From contig CAJWLU010000004.1 of the NCBI GenBank assembly GCA_913043225.1, positions 64,001 to 128,000 of the forward strand: a stretch of DNA of 64,000 nucleotides. The letters run 5' to 3'. The DNA comes from an uncultured Acidobacteriota bacterium (GTDB taxonomy: Bacteria > Acidobacteriota > Vicinamibacteria > Vicinamibacterales > UBA8438). Of the stretch, positions 17,548-27,677 are shown in pieces (the first letter of the stretch is position 1; each line of letters begins with the position of its first letter). The translations under genes and the position numbers were made by a program. The notes under the pieces are model-generated. The model was not told where the DNA came from. It saw nothing but the letters and a program-made list of their open reading frames with translations, and did not search any database.

Positions 17548-19073
17548 GCTCCGTCGACCTGGTGGTGGTCGGCTCTGGATTCGCCGGTTCGATCCTGGCC
17601 CGTCTGGTGGCGCTATCCGGCCGTCAGGTGCTCCTCCTGGAACGAGACACACATCCTCGGTTCGCCCTCGGAGAGTCATCGACGCCCCTCGCCGCCCTCT
17701 GCCTTGAACGGCTGGCCGGCCGCCACGGCCAAGAGGACCTCGCCGCACTCGCCTCGTACGGGCGCTGGCGCCAGGCATTGCCAGCCCTCCGCTGTGGACT
17801 CAAGCGCGGATTCACCTTCTACCGGCAGCGGCCCGACGTCTCGTTCTCGAGCTCCGACAGCGAGTCCCGCCTCCTCGTGGCGGCCAGCCCGGACGACGAG
17901 GTCGCCGACTGCCACTGGATGCGCGCCGACGTCGACAAGGCGCTGGTAGACCGTGCGATTGACGCCGGCGTCCACTTTAAGGACCGGGCCGAGGTAATAG
18001 GTATCGATCGCCGCGCGAGCCTGATGGCCGTGGACGTGCAGACGCCCAAGGGTCGCGAGACGATCGGCGCGCGGTTCGTGGTAGACGGCACGGGCGGAGG
18101 ACCGCTGGCCCAGGTGCTTGGCGCCGGCCGGGGCCCATCGCTGCCATTCTCGAGTCACTTGATCTACGCGCACCTCGACGGCGTCGCGGAGTTCCAGGCC
18201 GCCGCCGCACTGCCCGATGGCCCGTATCCAGATGACCAGGCCGCCGTACATCATCTTCTCGATGAGGGATGGATCTATGCACTGCGGTTCGACAGCGGCC
18301 GCCTTAGCGCGGGCCTCCTCCTAGAGAATGCGCCGACGAGCACCTCGCCCGAAGACACCTGGCGGGCCACGCTCTCCCGCTATCCAACGTTGAGCGCGGC
18401 GTTCGCGCGAGCCCGACCCTACGGACCGGGTTTCCGGGCGGCCGGACCGCTCCAGCGGAGGCGACAGTATGCCGCCGGACCGGGCTGGGCGCTGCTCCCC
18501 CACAGCTATGCCTTCTTTGATCCATTCTTTTCAACCGGTCTTGCCTGGAGCCTACTCGGGGTTGAGCGGCTAGCCGATGCGCTGTGCGGTCCGGAACGTG
18601 AAACCGCACTTGGCCGGTACGCTGCGCTGCTCGCCGACGAGGCCGATCAGCAAGCCGCGCTGATCGCCGCGGCCTATAGCGCGAGGCGGGACATGGCACT
18701 GTTCCGGCCGCTCACATTTTTGTACTTCGCCTGTGTCAGCTATGCGGAAATGCGGCTGCGGCTTGGCCTCGTACCGAATGACAACGCCGCGGCCTGGCGC
18801 GGATTCCTCGGCGCTGGGCAGCCTCCCTGGCCATCTGTCTTCGCCGAAGCACGAACGCGCATCGAGCACGCGCGCGACGCCGCCGACGCCGCGTCCTTTA
18901 AAAAGTGGGTGCAGGCGGTCATCGATCCCTATAACCTCATCGGCCTCGGGGAAGACCCGTCGCACCTCTACGGCGTCCATCTTGACCGGCTTAGGGCCAG
19001 CCACGCCCGCCTGGGCCTCTCCCCCGCCGAACTAAAGGCTCGGCTCCCTCGGCTCCGGGGCGGCCAGCCATGA
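17544..19073 (+). CDS. Flavin-dependent halogenase-like oxidoreductase (PrnC-like)
   Basis: VVVGSGFAG FAD motif, HPRFALGESSTP, GLKRGFTF, VHHLLDEGWIYALRF and FFDPFFSTGL. The GTG start overlaps the rSAM stop (GTGA). Confidence 0.8.
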   Translation: MSSVDLVVVGSGFAGSILARLVALSGRQVLLLERDTHPRFALGESSTPLAALCLERLAGRHGQEDLAALASYGRWRQALPALRCGLKRGFTFYRQRPDVSFSSSDSESRLLVAASPDDEVADCHWMRADVDKALVDRAIDAGVHFKDRAEVIGIDRRASLMAVDVQTPKGRETIGARFVVDGTGGGPLAQVLGAGRGPSLPFSSHLIYAHLDGVAEFQAAAALPDGPYPDDQAAVHHLLDEGWIYALRFDSGRLSAGLLLENAPTSTSPEDTWRATLSRYPTLSAAFARARPYGPGFRAAGPLQRRRQYAAGPGWALLPHSYAFFDPFFSTGLAWSLLGVERLADALCGPERETALGRYAALLADEADQQAALIAAAYSARRDMALFRPLTFLYFACVSYAEMRLRLGLVPNDNAAAWRGFLGAGQPPWPSVFAEARTRIEHARDAADAASFKKWVQAVIDPYNLIGLGEDPSHLYGVHLDRLRASHARLGLSPAELKARLPRLRGGQP

Positions 19074-19169
19074 CCCGCCGCTTAGGCTTCCACGCGATGC
19101 CCCTGTTGGGCTGCACATCATTTCCATGTTAGAGTCCGAAGATATTTAAGGGCGTCCCGCATACGAGGC

Positions 19170-20051
19170 ATGCTGCCAAAGCGCTATACCTTCATCGTCG
19201 CTGACCGGTTATCCGGCTCCCTCCACCGCTTCACGGTGGCGGTGCGCCCGGTTGTCGCTATACTTGCCGCTATCCTGGCTGTCCCGATCGGCTGGACCGC
19301 GCACTCCCGCTGGTCGGCGGCAACCCATATCCAGCATCTGCAGCTCAGGAACGCCACCCTCGAACTCGAGAACGTCCGCTACCGCTCAGCGTCGGCGGAG
19401 CTGTCGAGCCGCATCGCCGCCCTGCAGCTGGCGCTCGGAGAGCTCCGCGACCAGTCCACTGTCGATCCGAGAGTCCGACGAGCCATGGGGCGTGTGTCTG
19501 AATCTTCCGAACCCCTCCGCTCCGTAGCACTCAGCACGCCCACCGAAACATTCAATCTCCTACAGGACCTGCTGAACATGCTTGACGCCGAGCTGGTCGT
19601 GGCGGAACAGAGTGTCGAAGCGCAGCAGGCGCTCGCCGCCGCGACCCCGTTCAACCTACCGTCTGATGGCCGGGTCACCGACCGCTTTGGGTATCGGATC
19701 GATCCGTTCACAGGCGAGCGCAGCTTCCACAGCGCGGTGGACATCTCGACCGGGTATGGCCAACCGGTCTACGCCACCGCCGACGGCACCGTGGTGTCGG
19801 CCGGGCGCAACGGCGCCTTCGGCAACCTGATCCGGATCGACCACGGATTCGGTCTCACCACTCGCTATGGCCACCTATCGGACTTTGCGACCACCGCCGG
19901 AGAAACCGTCGCTCGGGGCGACGTGATCGGCTACGCGGGCGCAACGGGCCGCGCCACCGGATCGCACGTGCACTACGAAGTGCTCGTCAATGGTCGCGCC
20001 ATGAACCCGCTGCAACTCGGCTCGCTGGCACGGTCCCAGTCGGCCAACTGA
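19170..20051 (+). CDS. M23 family metallopeptidase with TM anchor and coiled coil
   Basis: FGYRIDPF, HSAVD, YGHL and TGSHVHYEV zinc motifs. Confidence 0.92.
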   Translation: MLPKRYTFIVADRLSGSLHRFTVAVRPVVAILAAILAVPIGWTAHSRWSAATHIQHLQLRNATLELENVRYRSASAELSSRIAALQLALGELRDQSTVDPRVRRAMGRVSESSEPLRSVALSTPTETFNLLQDLLNMLDAELVVAEQSVEAQQALAAATPFNLPSDGRVTDRFGYRIDPFTGERSFHSAVDISTGYGQPVYATADGTVVSAGRNGAFGNLIRIDHGFGLTTRYGHLSDFATTAGETVARGDVIGYAGATGRATGSHVHYEVLVNGRAMNPLQLGSLARSQSAN

Positions 20052-20093
20052 GCCCTCTCCGCACAGTGCCGTCCAGCCATCGCGTCAGCATTC

Positions 20094-20122
20094 TTGACGC
20101 GTCCTGGACCCTTTCTTAGAAT
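20094..20122 (+). promoter_or_regulatory. Sigma70-type promoter of secA
   Basis: TTGACG-N17-TAGAAT about 100 nt upstream of the secA start. Confidence 0.65.
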
Positions 20123-20222
20123 CGAGCTATACCCTGCGGATGGTCCTCTGTTCACCGCATCGCCGTAGTCACCTGCCCTCTCTTTCCCGGCGTCGGGCCG
20201 CCCCCCAGCCGGTTACCGTGTG

Positions 20223-23114
20223 ATGCTGCAAAACGTCCTCAAGAAGGTCTTCGGCACCCAGAACGAGCGCGATCTAAAGAAGCTGCAGCCGATGGTCGCA
20301 GCCATCAACGACCGTGAGAGTGAAATTCAGGCGCTTAGCGATCACGAACTGCAGGAACAGACGGCACAGCTCCGGGTCAGAGCCCAGGATGGAGAGTCCC
20401 TCGACGACCTAATCGTCGATGCGTTCCCGGTAGTGCGAGAGGCCGGCTGGCGGGTCTTGAAGATGCGCCATTTCGACGTCCAGCTCATCGGCGGGATGGT
20501 GCTCCATCAGGGCAAAATCGCTGAGATGAAAACGGGCGAAGGCAAGACGCTCGTCGCCACGCTTGCCGCATATCTCAACGCGCTCAGCGGCAAAGGCGTA
20601 CACGTGGTCACCGTCAACGACTATCTGGCGCGCCGCGACGCCGAGTGGATGGGGCGACTCTATCGCTTCCTCGGCATGTCGGTCGGTGTCATCCAGCATG
20701 ACATGCGTGACGCCGACCGCCAGGCAGCCTACGCGGCCGACATCACCTACGGCACCAACAACGAATTCGGTTTCGACTATCTTCGCGACAACATGAAGTT
20801 CGACCTGTCGCAGTTCGTCCAACGTGGCCATAACTTCGCCATCGTGGACGAGGTCGACAGCATCCTGATCGACGAGGCGCGGACCCCGTTGATCATCTCG
20901 GGCCCCGCCGAGCAGTCGACCGACCTGTATTACGAGGTCGACCGCGTCATTCCTAAGCTCACGCCGGGGGCGGTGGTACAGGACAACATCAAGGCGGAGA
21001 ACCGTGAGGAGCTCGAAGCGACGGGCGACTACATCAAGGACGAGAAGGCGAAGACCGTCAGCCTGACCGAAACCGGCATGGCTAAGGCGGAGAAGATACT
21101 GTCGGGCCGCCTGAACCCGGGCGGTCTCTATGACCCGGCGAACATGCCGCTGCTCCACCACGTGAACCAGGCGCTCCGCGCGCACGCATTGTTCAAGCGC
21201 GACGTACAGTACATGGTCAAGGACGGCCAGGTAGTCATCGTTGACGAATTCACGGGACGCCTGATGCCTGGTCGACGCTGGAGCGACGGACTCCATCAGG
21301 CCGTGGAGGCGAAGGAGAAGGTCAAGATCGAGCGTGAGAACCAGACACTCGCCACGGTTACCTTCCAGAACTACTTCCGCAAGTACGACAAGCTGTCTGG
21401 AATGACGGGCACGGCGGACACCGAAGCGCCGGAGTTCGCCAAAATCTACAAACTCGACGTCATGGTGGCCCCCACGAACCGCGAGCTGATCCGGATAGAA
21501 GAACCAGACACCATCTATAAGACCGAGCGAGAGAAGTACGACGCCATCGTCGAGGATGTGCTCGAAAAGCAGCAGCAGGGGCGTCCGGTCCTGGTCGGAA
21601 CAATTTCGATCGAAAAGTCAGAAAAGCTCTCCGGACTACTCAAGCGCCGAGGCGTCAAGCACGTCGTGCTGAACGCGAAGTACCACGCGCAGGAGGCCGA
21701 GATCGTCGCCCAGGCAGGACAGAAGGGGACCGTCACCATCGCCACCAACATGGCTGGCCGTGGCACCGATATCCTCCTCGGGGGCAACGCCGAATTCATG
21801 GCACGACAACATGCCCTGGCCGAAGAGGTTGCCGACCGGCTCCCGAAGGAAGAGGCGAAGTTCGTCGACGACGAAGACTACGTCTACTTCTACCATCTGG
21901 ACCATTTTTACCGAGTGCCGCGCGACGCCTGGGAACAGATCTTCACTAGGTTCACCGACCAGACATCGGTCGAGCACAACGAGGTGGTCGCTGCGGGTGG
22001 CCTACACATCATCGCCACCGAGCGCCACGAGTCACGACGCATCGACAACCAGCTTCGAGGGCGCGCCGGTCGCCAAGGAGACCCAGGTTCATCCCGGTTC
22101 TACTTGGCCCTCGAAGACGACCTGATGCGGATCTTCGGCTCCGACCGGATCTCGGGTCTGATGGAGCGGTTAGGCATGGAAGAGGGCGTACCCATCGAAG
22201 CCGGGATGGTTACCAAGGCCATCGAGCGAGCCCAGAAACAGGTCGAGGCGCAGAACTTCTCCGTCCGCAAGCACCTCCTTGAGTACGACGACGTGATGAA
22301 TAAGCAGCGTGAGAACGTGTATACGCTGCGTCGCGAGCTCCTCGAGGGACACATCCACCTCAGCGACGAGGAGGAGGTCGACAGCCGTCAATATCTGATG
22401 ACGCTGGCCGAGGACCTGGTCGACGATGCGGTCGAAACCAGCTGCGGCAAGGACATAGACCCGGAAGAGTGGGACACTGGCGCGCTCAAACAGTCGGTCG
22501 GAGAACTCGCCGGTCTGTCGGCAGAAGAGCTCGATGAGATGGAGCTCGACGACAAGAGCCCAGATGAAATGCTCGACCTGCTCTGGGGCGCGGTCAAGAG
22601 TCGCTACGAGGAGAAAGAGCAGGCGGTCGAATCCGAAGTCCTACGGCGGGTCGAACGCGACGTTATGCTCCAGATCGTCGACGCTCAGTGGAAGGACCAT
22701 CTCTACAGCCTAGACCACCTCAAGGAAGGGATCAGCCTCAGGAGCTACGCACAGAAAGACCCTCTCGTAGAATACAAACGCGAGAGCTTCGCCTTGTTCC
22801 AGGGCATGAAGGATCGGATCGACACCGAGATGATCCGCTATCTCTGGCGACTTCGCCCGGTGGTCCAGGGCCAAGGCGACGAAATCCAGCGCCCCACCCA
22901 GCGGCCTCGGGCTCCGCTCACGCTGAACGACCCCGGTGCCACAGCGTCAGCCTTCGCCGGCGGCGGCGCCGCGGCGCGCGCACCTCAACCGGCGCGCACC
23001 GGCGGCGACGATGCCACGGTCAAGACTATCCGTCGAGATACCCCCAAAGTGGGGCGGAACGATCCCTGTCCATGCGGCAGCGGGAAGAAATATAAGAAAT
23101 GTCATGGGGCCTGA
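20223..23114 (+). CDS. secA: Preprotein translocase ATPase SecA
   Basis: [38 protein letters not shown] and [13 protein letters not shown] motifs; C-terminal SEC-C motif [13 protein letters not shown]. Confidence 0.99.
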   Translation: MLQNVLKKVFGTQNERDLKKLQPMVAAINDRESEIQALSDHELQEQTAQLRVRAQDGESLDDLIVDAFPVVREAGWRVLKMRHFDVQLIGGMVLHQGKIAEMKTGEGKTLVATLAAYLNALSGKGVHVVTVNDYLARRDAEWMGRLYRFLGMSVGVIQHDMRDADRQAAYAADITYGTNNEFGFDYLRDNMKFDLSQFVQRGHNFAIVDEVDSILIDEARTPLIISGPAEQSTDLYYEVDRVIPKLTPGAVVQDNIKAENREELEATGDYIKDEKAKTVSLTETGMAKAEKILSGRLNPGGLYDPANMPLLHHVNQALRAHALFKRDVQYMVKDGQVVIVDEFTGRLMPGRRWSDGLHQAVEAKEKVKIERENQTLATVTFQNYFRKYDKLSGMTGTADTEAPEFAKIYKLDVMVAPTNRELIRIEEPDTIYKTEREKYDAIVEDVLEKQQQGRPVLVGTISIEKSEKLSGLLKRRGVKHVVLNAKYHAQEAEIVAQAGQKGTVTIATNMAGRGTDILLGGNAEFMARQHALAEEVADRLPKEEAKFVDDEDYVYFYHLDHFYRVPRDAWEQIFTRFTDQTSVEHNEVVAAGGLHIIATERHESRRIDNQLRGRAGRQGDPGSSRFYLALEDDLMRIFGSDRISGLMERLGMEEGVPIEAGMVTKAIERAQKQVEAQNFSVRKHLLEYDDVMNKQRENVYTLRRELLEGHIHLSDEEEVDSRQYLMTLAEDLVDDAVETSCGKDIDPEEWDTGALKQSVGELAGLSAEELDEMELDDKSPDEMLDLLWGAVKSRYEEKEQAVESEVLRRVERDVMLQIVDAQWKDHLYSLDHLKEGISLRSYAQKDPLVEYKRESFALFQGMKDRIDTEMIRYLWRLRPVVQGQGDEIQRPTQRPRAPLTLNDPGATASAFAGGGAAARAPQPARTGGDDATVKTIRRDTPKVGRNDPCPCGSGKKYKKCHGA

Positions 23115-23115
23115 G

Positions 23116-24642
23116 ATGAGCGTGCAGACCGAAACCAGAGCGACTCGTTTCACGACAACGGACATCAGCGTCGCGCTGACCTTCGATGATGTCCTGCTGG
23201 TGCCACAGCACTCGGCCGTACTGCCGAGCGAGGTCGATATCTCGACCCGGGTAACGAGAAACATCTCGCTCAACGTCCCGATCATCAGCTCCGCAATGGA
23301 TACCGTGACCGAGTCTCGCCTGGCCATCGCCATGGCACAACTCGGGGGGATAGGCATTATCCACAAGAACCTCTCGATCGAGGAACAAGCCTCTGAGGTC
23401 GACCGCGTCAAGCGATCCGAGAGCGGCATGATCGTTAATCCGATCACGCTCTCTCCTACCGGCCGGATCTACGAGGCGCTCGAGTTAATGGAGAAGTATC
23501 GGATATCGGGCGTTCCCATCACCGCAGACGGCGGCACCGAGGGCAAGCTCGTTGGCATCCTGACCAATCGCGACCTCCGCTTCGAGGGCAACCTCGACCG
23601 TCCGATCGGCGACGTGATGACCCGAGAGAACCTCATCACCGTCCCCGTAGGGACGACACTCAGCGAGGCCGAACAGATCCTGCACACCCACCGGGTCGAG
23701 AAGCTGTTGGTCGTCGATCAGAACTTCATGTTGAAAGGCCTGATCACCGTTAAAGACATCCAGAAAATGATCACCTACCCCACCGCCTCCAAGGACGAAC
23801 TTGGGCGACTGCGGGTTGGCGCCGCAGTGGGAATAGCCAAGGACACCGAGGCGCGAGCCGAGGCGTTGATCGGCGCCGGCGTCGACCTGCTGGTGGTGGA
23901 TACCGCCCATGGTCACTCTGCCGGGGTCATGACAATAGTGCGGCAGCTACGGGACCGCTTCCCGAGCATCGACCTGGTCGCCGGGAACGTCGCCACCGAG
24001 GAGGGTACCGAGGCGCTTATCGACCTTGGCGTCGACGGGGTCAAGGTAGGGATCGGATCAGGGTCCATCTGCACCACCAGGATCATCGCCGGCATCGGCA
24101 TGCCGATGATCTCGGCGCTGGCCGAGTGCGCCAAAGCCTCCTCCCGCCACGGCGTACCGATCATCGCCGACGGCGGCGTGCGCTACTCCGGCGACATCAC
24201 CAAAGCGCTGGCCGTCGGAGCGAGCACCGTGATGATCGGCAGTCTGTTCGCTGGGACCGACGAGAGTCCGGGCGAAATGATTCTCTACCAGGGCCGCAGC
24301 TTCAAGGAGTATCGGGGCATGGGCTCGATCGGCGCAATGCGAGCCGGGAGTCGGGACCGGTATTTCCAGGAAGAATTCGACCTCGCCAGCACCGACGAGG
24401 CAGGCGAGAAGCTTGTTCCGGAAGGGATCGAAGGGCGGGTCCCGTACAAGGGCTCGGTCGGTGCCATGATCCACCAACTAGTCGGCGGCCTCCGCGCCGG
24501 CATGGGATATTGCGGATGCGGAAGCATCCCAGACCTACATCGAGACGCCCGCCTGGTACGTATCACGCCCGCCGGCATGCGCGAGAGCCATGTCCACGAC
24601 GTGGTGATCACCAAGGAAGCCCCGAACTACCGCTCTGAGTAG
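23116..24642 (+). CDS. guaB: IMP dehydrogenase
   Basis: [17 protein letters not shown], a CBS pair, [20 protein letters not shown] and PEGIEG motifs. Start set at the ATG at 23116. Confidence 0.98.
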   Translation: MSVQTETRATRFTTTDISVALTFDDVLLVPQHSAVLPSEVDISTRVTRNISLNVPIISSAMDTVTESRLAIAMAQLGGIGIIHKNLSIEEQASEVDRVKRSESGMIVNPITLSPTGRIYEALELMEKYRISGVPITADGGTEGKLVGILTNRDLRFEGNLDRPIGDVMTRENLITVPVGTTLSEAEQILHTHRVEKLLVVDQNFMLKGLITVKDIQKMITYPTASKDELGRLRVGAAVGIAKDTEARAEALIGAGVDLLVVDTAHGHSAGVMTIVRQLRDRFPSIDLVAGNVATEEGTEALIDLGVDGVKVGIGSGSICTTRIIAGIGMPMISALAECAKASSRHGVPIIADGGVRYSGDITKALAVGASTVMIGSLFAGTDESPGEMILYQGRSFKEYRGMGSIGAMRAGSRDRYFQEEFDLASTDEAGEKLVPEGIEGRVPYKGSVGAMIHQLVGGLRAGMGYCGCGSIPDLHRDARLVRITPAGMRESHVHDVVITKEAPNYRSE

Positions 24643-24683
24643 GACCCCACCGGCTCTACAGTTTAGGCAGCTTCGCTTAAGCG

Positions 24684-25121
24684 TTACGCAACTTCTGGCC
24701 GCTGCGGAGTACCTGAGACGGTTAGTTCTCGCTCCTCTTCGCCGACCACCGTCATCCTGACCGTCACCGCTCCGGGCGGCGGTTCGCGCCACCGCTCCGC
24801 CCACTCCACGCAAACGACCGCCCCTTGCTCGCTGAGCTCGTCGAGTCCCAGGTCGTCGACCTCATCAGGCCCGAGACGGTACAGGTCCACGTGCTGGAGC
24901 CTAGCGTCGCCGTACTCCTGTATGACGACGAAGGTCGGACTGCTGACCTCGTTCGGGTCTAGTCCTCGCCCGCTTGCTACCCCGCGCACGAACGCGGTCT
25001 TGCCGGCACCAAGCTCGCCATGCAGCAGAATGACGGTCCCAGCCGCAAGCTCCCGCGCTAGCTCGGCCGCGACGCGCTCGGTCTCGGCCTCCGATCTGGT
25101 CACATGCCGCCCCGCCCTCAT
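24684..25121 (-). CDS. tsaE: tRNA t6A biosynthesis ATPase TsaE
   Basis: GELGAGKT, VSSPTF, HVDLYRL and VEWAE motifs. Confidence 0.95.
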   Translation of the reverse strand: MRAGRHVTRSEAETERVAAELARELAAGTVILLHGELGAGKTAFVRGVASGRGLDPNEVSSPTFVVIQEYGDARLQHVDLYRLGPDEVDDLGLDELSEQGAVVCVEWAERWREPPPGAVTVRMTVVGEEERELTVSGTPQRPEVA

Positions 25122-26683
25122 CTCTCCGGCTCCGACGCCAGTGTTAACCCGACAGCCGCCGGCCCTAGCGCGAGCAACAGATCGCTCGCGATCATGCCCA
25201 CCTCGCCCTGTTCATCAGCAGCAAGATCGCCTGCGGCGCCGTGAAGATACACCCCCAGCGCACAAGCCGTTTCCAGGTCACCGGTTTGCGCTATCCAGGC
25301 CGCGATCACACCAGTCAACACGTCGCCGGTACCGCCCGTCGCCATCCCGGGATTACCCGTCACGTTGATCCACACTCGACCGTAAGGTGTCGCCACCACC
25401 GTCCGCGCCCCTTTGAGCACCACGAAGATGCCGGCATCGGCCGCCAGCCGCCTGGCCACTCCAAGTCGATCCGCCTGCACATCCTCCACCGAGGCTCCTA
25501 TCAGTCGTGCCATCTCACCCGGATGCGGAGTGATCACTAGCGGCCGGGAAACCGGACGCCGAAGCCAACCGTCGCCCAGTGCGTTCAACCCGTCCGCGTC
25601 TAGCACTAACGGTACGTCAGTGACCTCCAGGACCTGCTCGACGAATGCACTAACGTCGGCGGATTGCCCCAAGCCCGGACCCAGCGCGATCACGTCGGCT
25701 CGCGTACTAGCGACGGCTTGCGCCGCCGCCGGGTGCACAGTCCCGGCCTCGGTGTCGGCCAATCCGAGTGTCATGTAGTCCGGTACGTGAGCGGCCACCC
25801 CTCCCTGACAGACGCGAGGAATTCCCACCGTAACCAGCCCTGCGCCCGACCGGAGGGCGCCCATTGCTGCCAGCACGGCCGCCCCGGTCGTCCCCACCGC
25901 TCCCCCCACCACTAGCACCCGTCCATAATCGCCCTTATGGACCTCGTCCGGACGTGGACTTATCTGCGAGGCCGCCCACTCTTGCGTAATAGCGGCACAC
26001 TCTGGGCCGTCAAGCGCCTCGAGCACCGCGTCGGGAATCCCAATATCGGCCACCATCAGGTCCCCAGCGTGCGCAGCCGCAGGCGGCACCAGAAGGGCAA
26101 CTTTCACCGCCCCCAGTGCTACCGTCAGGGTCGCCTCGATCGCTTCGCCGAACGGCACTCCTTCATCGGCCGAAAGCCCGGAGGGTAGGTCGATCGCAAC
26201 GATCGGGACGCCGGATAGGTTGAGGTCCTCCACCATCGCCCGTGGATACCCCTCGAGCGGTCTCGTCACTCCGGCACCGAAGAGCGCGTCGACCAGGAGG
26301 TCGCAACCGAGCAATCTGCTACGGCTCGCCTCCCAGGCGTCGAGTGTTGGTGCGTCGACGACCGCGACGTCGCTCCCATCGAGCGCCGTCAGGAACGCTC
26401 TCGCATCGCCAGAGACCTCGTCTCGGGGCGCGGCGACACAGACCGTGACTCTGCCGCCCCTCTCGGCCAGCATCCTGGCCACGACGAATCCATCACCACC
26501 GTTGTTCCCCTTACCGCACACCACCGTGATCCTGCGTCCGACCAACGTGGTGGGCAGCTGCTCTTCCATCGCCGCCACGACCTCCCGACCGGCGTTCTCC
26601 ATCAATACGGCCGAGGAAATCCCCAACTCCGCGATGGCTCGACGCTCAGCCTCCCGCATCTGTGCCCCGGTCAATATCCGCAT
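25118..26683 (-). CDS. nnr: Bifunctional NAD(P)H-hydrate epimerase/dehydratase
   Basis: LMENAG, CGKGNNGGDG, DLPSG, HKGDYG, LDADGL, TPHPGEM and MATGGTGDVL motifs. Start set at the ATG at 26683. Confidence 0.95.
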   Translation of the reverse strand: MRILTGAQMREAERRAIAELGISSAVLMENAGREVVAAMEEQLPTTLVGRRITVVCGKGNNGGDGFVVARMLAERGGRVTVCVAAPRDEVSGDARAFLTALDGSDVAVVDAPTLDAWEASRSRLLGCDLLVDALFGAGVTRPLEGYPRAMVEDLNLSGVPIVAIDLPSGLSADEGVPFGEAIEATLTVALGAVKVALLVPPAAAHAGDLMVADIGIPDAVLEALDGPECAAITQEWAASQISPRPDEVHKGDYGRVLVVGGAVGTTGAAVLAAMGALRSGAGLVTVGIPRVCQGGVAAHVPDYMTLGLADTEAGTVHPAAAQAVASTRADVIALGPGLGQSADVSAFVEQVLEVTDVPLVLDADGLNALGDGWLRRPVSRPLVITPHPGEMARLIGASVEDVQADRLGVARRLAADAGIFVVLKGARTVVATPYGRVWINVTGNPGMATGGTGDVLTGVIAAWIAQTGDLETACALGVYLHGAAGDLAADEQGEVGMIASDLLLALGPAAVGLTLASEPER

Positions 26684-26786
26684 CTGGTCCGTCCTCCTAG
26701 CGGCCAGCGGACCGCAGGATGCGGTATATGCTACTTTGCTGGGTGCGCTCGGTGAGCGATCGCGCTCAACCACGGACGGCACGCTC

Positions 26787-27677
26787 ATGTACCCAGTTCC
26801 CGCCACCGTCAACATAGACGGACGAATCACCGACGCCGCCCACGCTACGGTGTCGGTCTTCGACCACGGTTTCCTGTTCGGTGACGGCGTCTACGAGACC
26901 ATCCGCACCTACAACCGGATGCCGTTCTTGTTGCCTCCGCATCTGAACCGCCTGCGCGCCTCCGCGGCCAGACTCTCACTGGCAATTCCGCCCGACGACG
27001 GCGAACTCGTCCGACGTCTGAGCGACACGATGGCCAAGGTTAATGTTGAGGGCGAGGTCACACTGCGCATGCTGGTGACCCGAGGAGTCGGACCACTGAG
27101 CTACGACCCGGCGGCCTGCCCGACCCCGACCGTCGTCATCATCGCGCTCCCCCACCAGGCTCCGTCTCCCAAGGTCCACCGTGACGGCGTTCGCGTCGTC
27201 GTCGCCGGCGTGCTCCGGAACCACCCCCGCAGCGTTGACCCCAGCATCAAGTCGAACAACCTACTCAACAACGTGCTGGCGATGCAGGAGGCGATCCGGC
27301 GAGACGCTTACGAGGCGATCCTGCTGAACCACCGCGGCGAGCTGACCGAGTGCGCGCAGTCGAATCTGTTCGCGGTCCGCGATGGGATCGTGGTAACCCC
27401 TCCGCTCGACGCCGGCCTCCTCGAAGGCGTGACTCGGAACTTCTTGTTCGAGATGGGCGCCGACCTCGGGATAGAGGTTCGCGAAAAGGTGCTGCGGGAA
27501 GCCGACCTCTCGTCGGTCGATGAGCTGTTTCTAACCAGCACCACCCGTGAGGTGGTCCCAATCGTAGAGGTGGGCGATGTCCGCATCGGCTCGGGCCGCC
27601 CGGGCCGGGTCACCGCACGGCTACTGAGCCGGTTCCGTGAACGCGCCAACACTCTGACCCGGGCAGCCGCCGGCTAA
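26787..27677 (+). CDS. PLP-dependent class IV aminotransferase (IlvE/Dat/PabC family)
   Basis: DHGFLFGDGVYET, HLNRL, IKSNN (PLP Lys), LLEGVTR and ELFLTSTT motifs. Start set at the ATG at 26787. Confidence 0.92.
   Translation: MYPVPATVNIDGRITDAAHATVSVFDHGFLFGDGVYETIRTYNRMPFLLPPHLNRLRASAARLSLAIPPDDGELVRRLSDTMAKVNVEGEVTLRMLVTRGVGPLSYDPAACPTPTVVIIALPHQAPSPKVHRDGVRVVVAGVLRNHPRSVDPSIKSNNLLNNVLAMQEAIRRDAYEAILLNHRGELTECAQSNLFAVRDGIVVTPPLDAGLLEGVTRNFLFEMGADLGIEVREKVLREADLSSVDELFLTSTTREVVPIVEVGDVRIGSGRPGRVTARLLSRFRERANTLTRAAAG

Noticed and set aside
15559..17778. 739-aa minus-strand ORF
   Set aside because: It is the antisense shadow of the ligase and radical SAM genes in GC-rich DNA and has no recognisable motifs.
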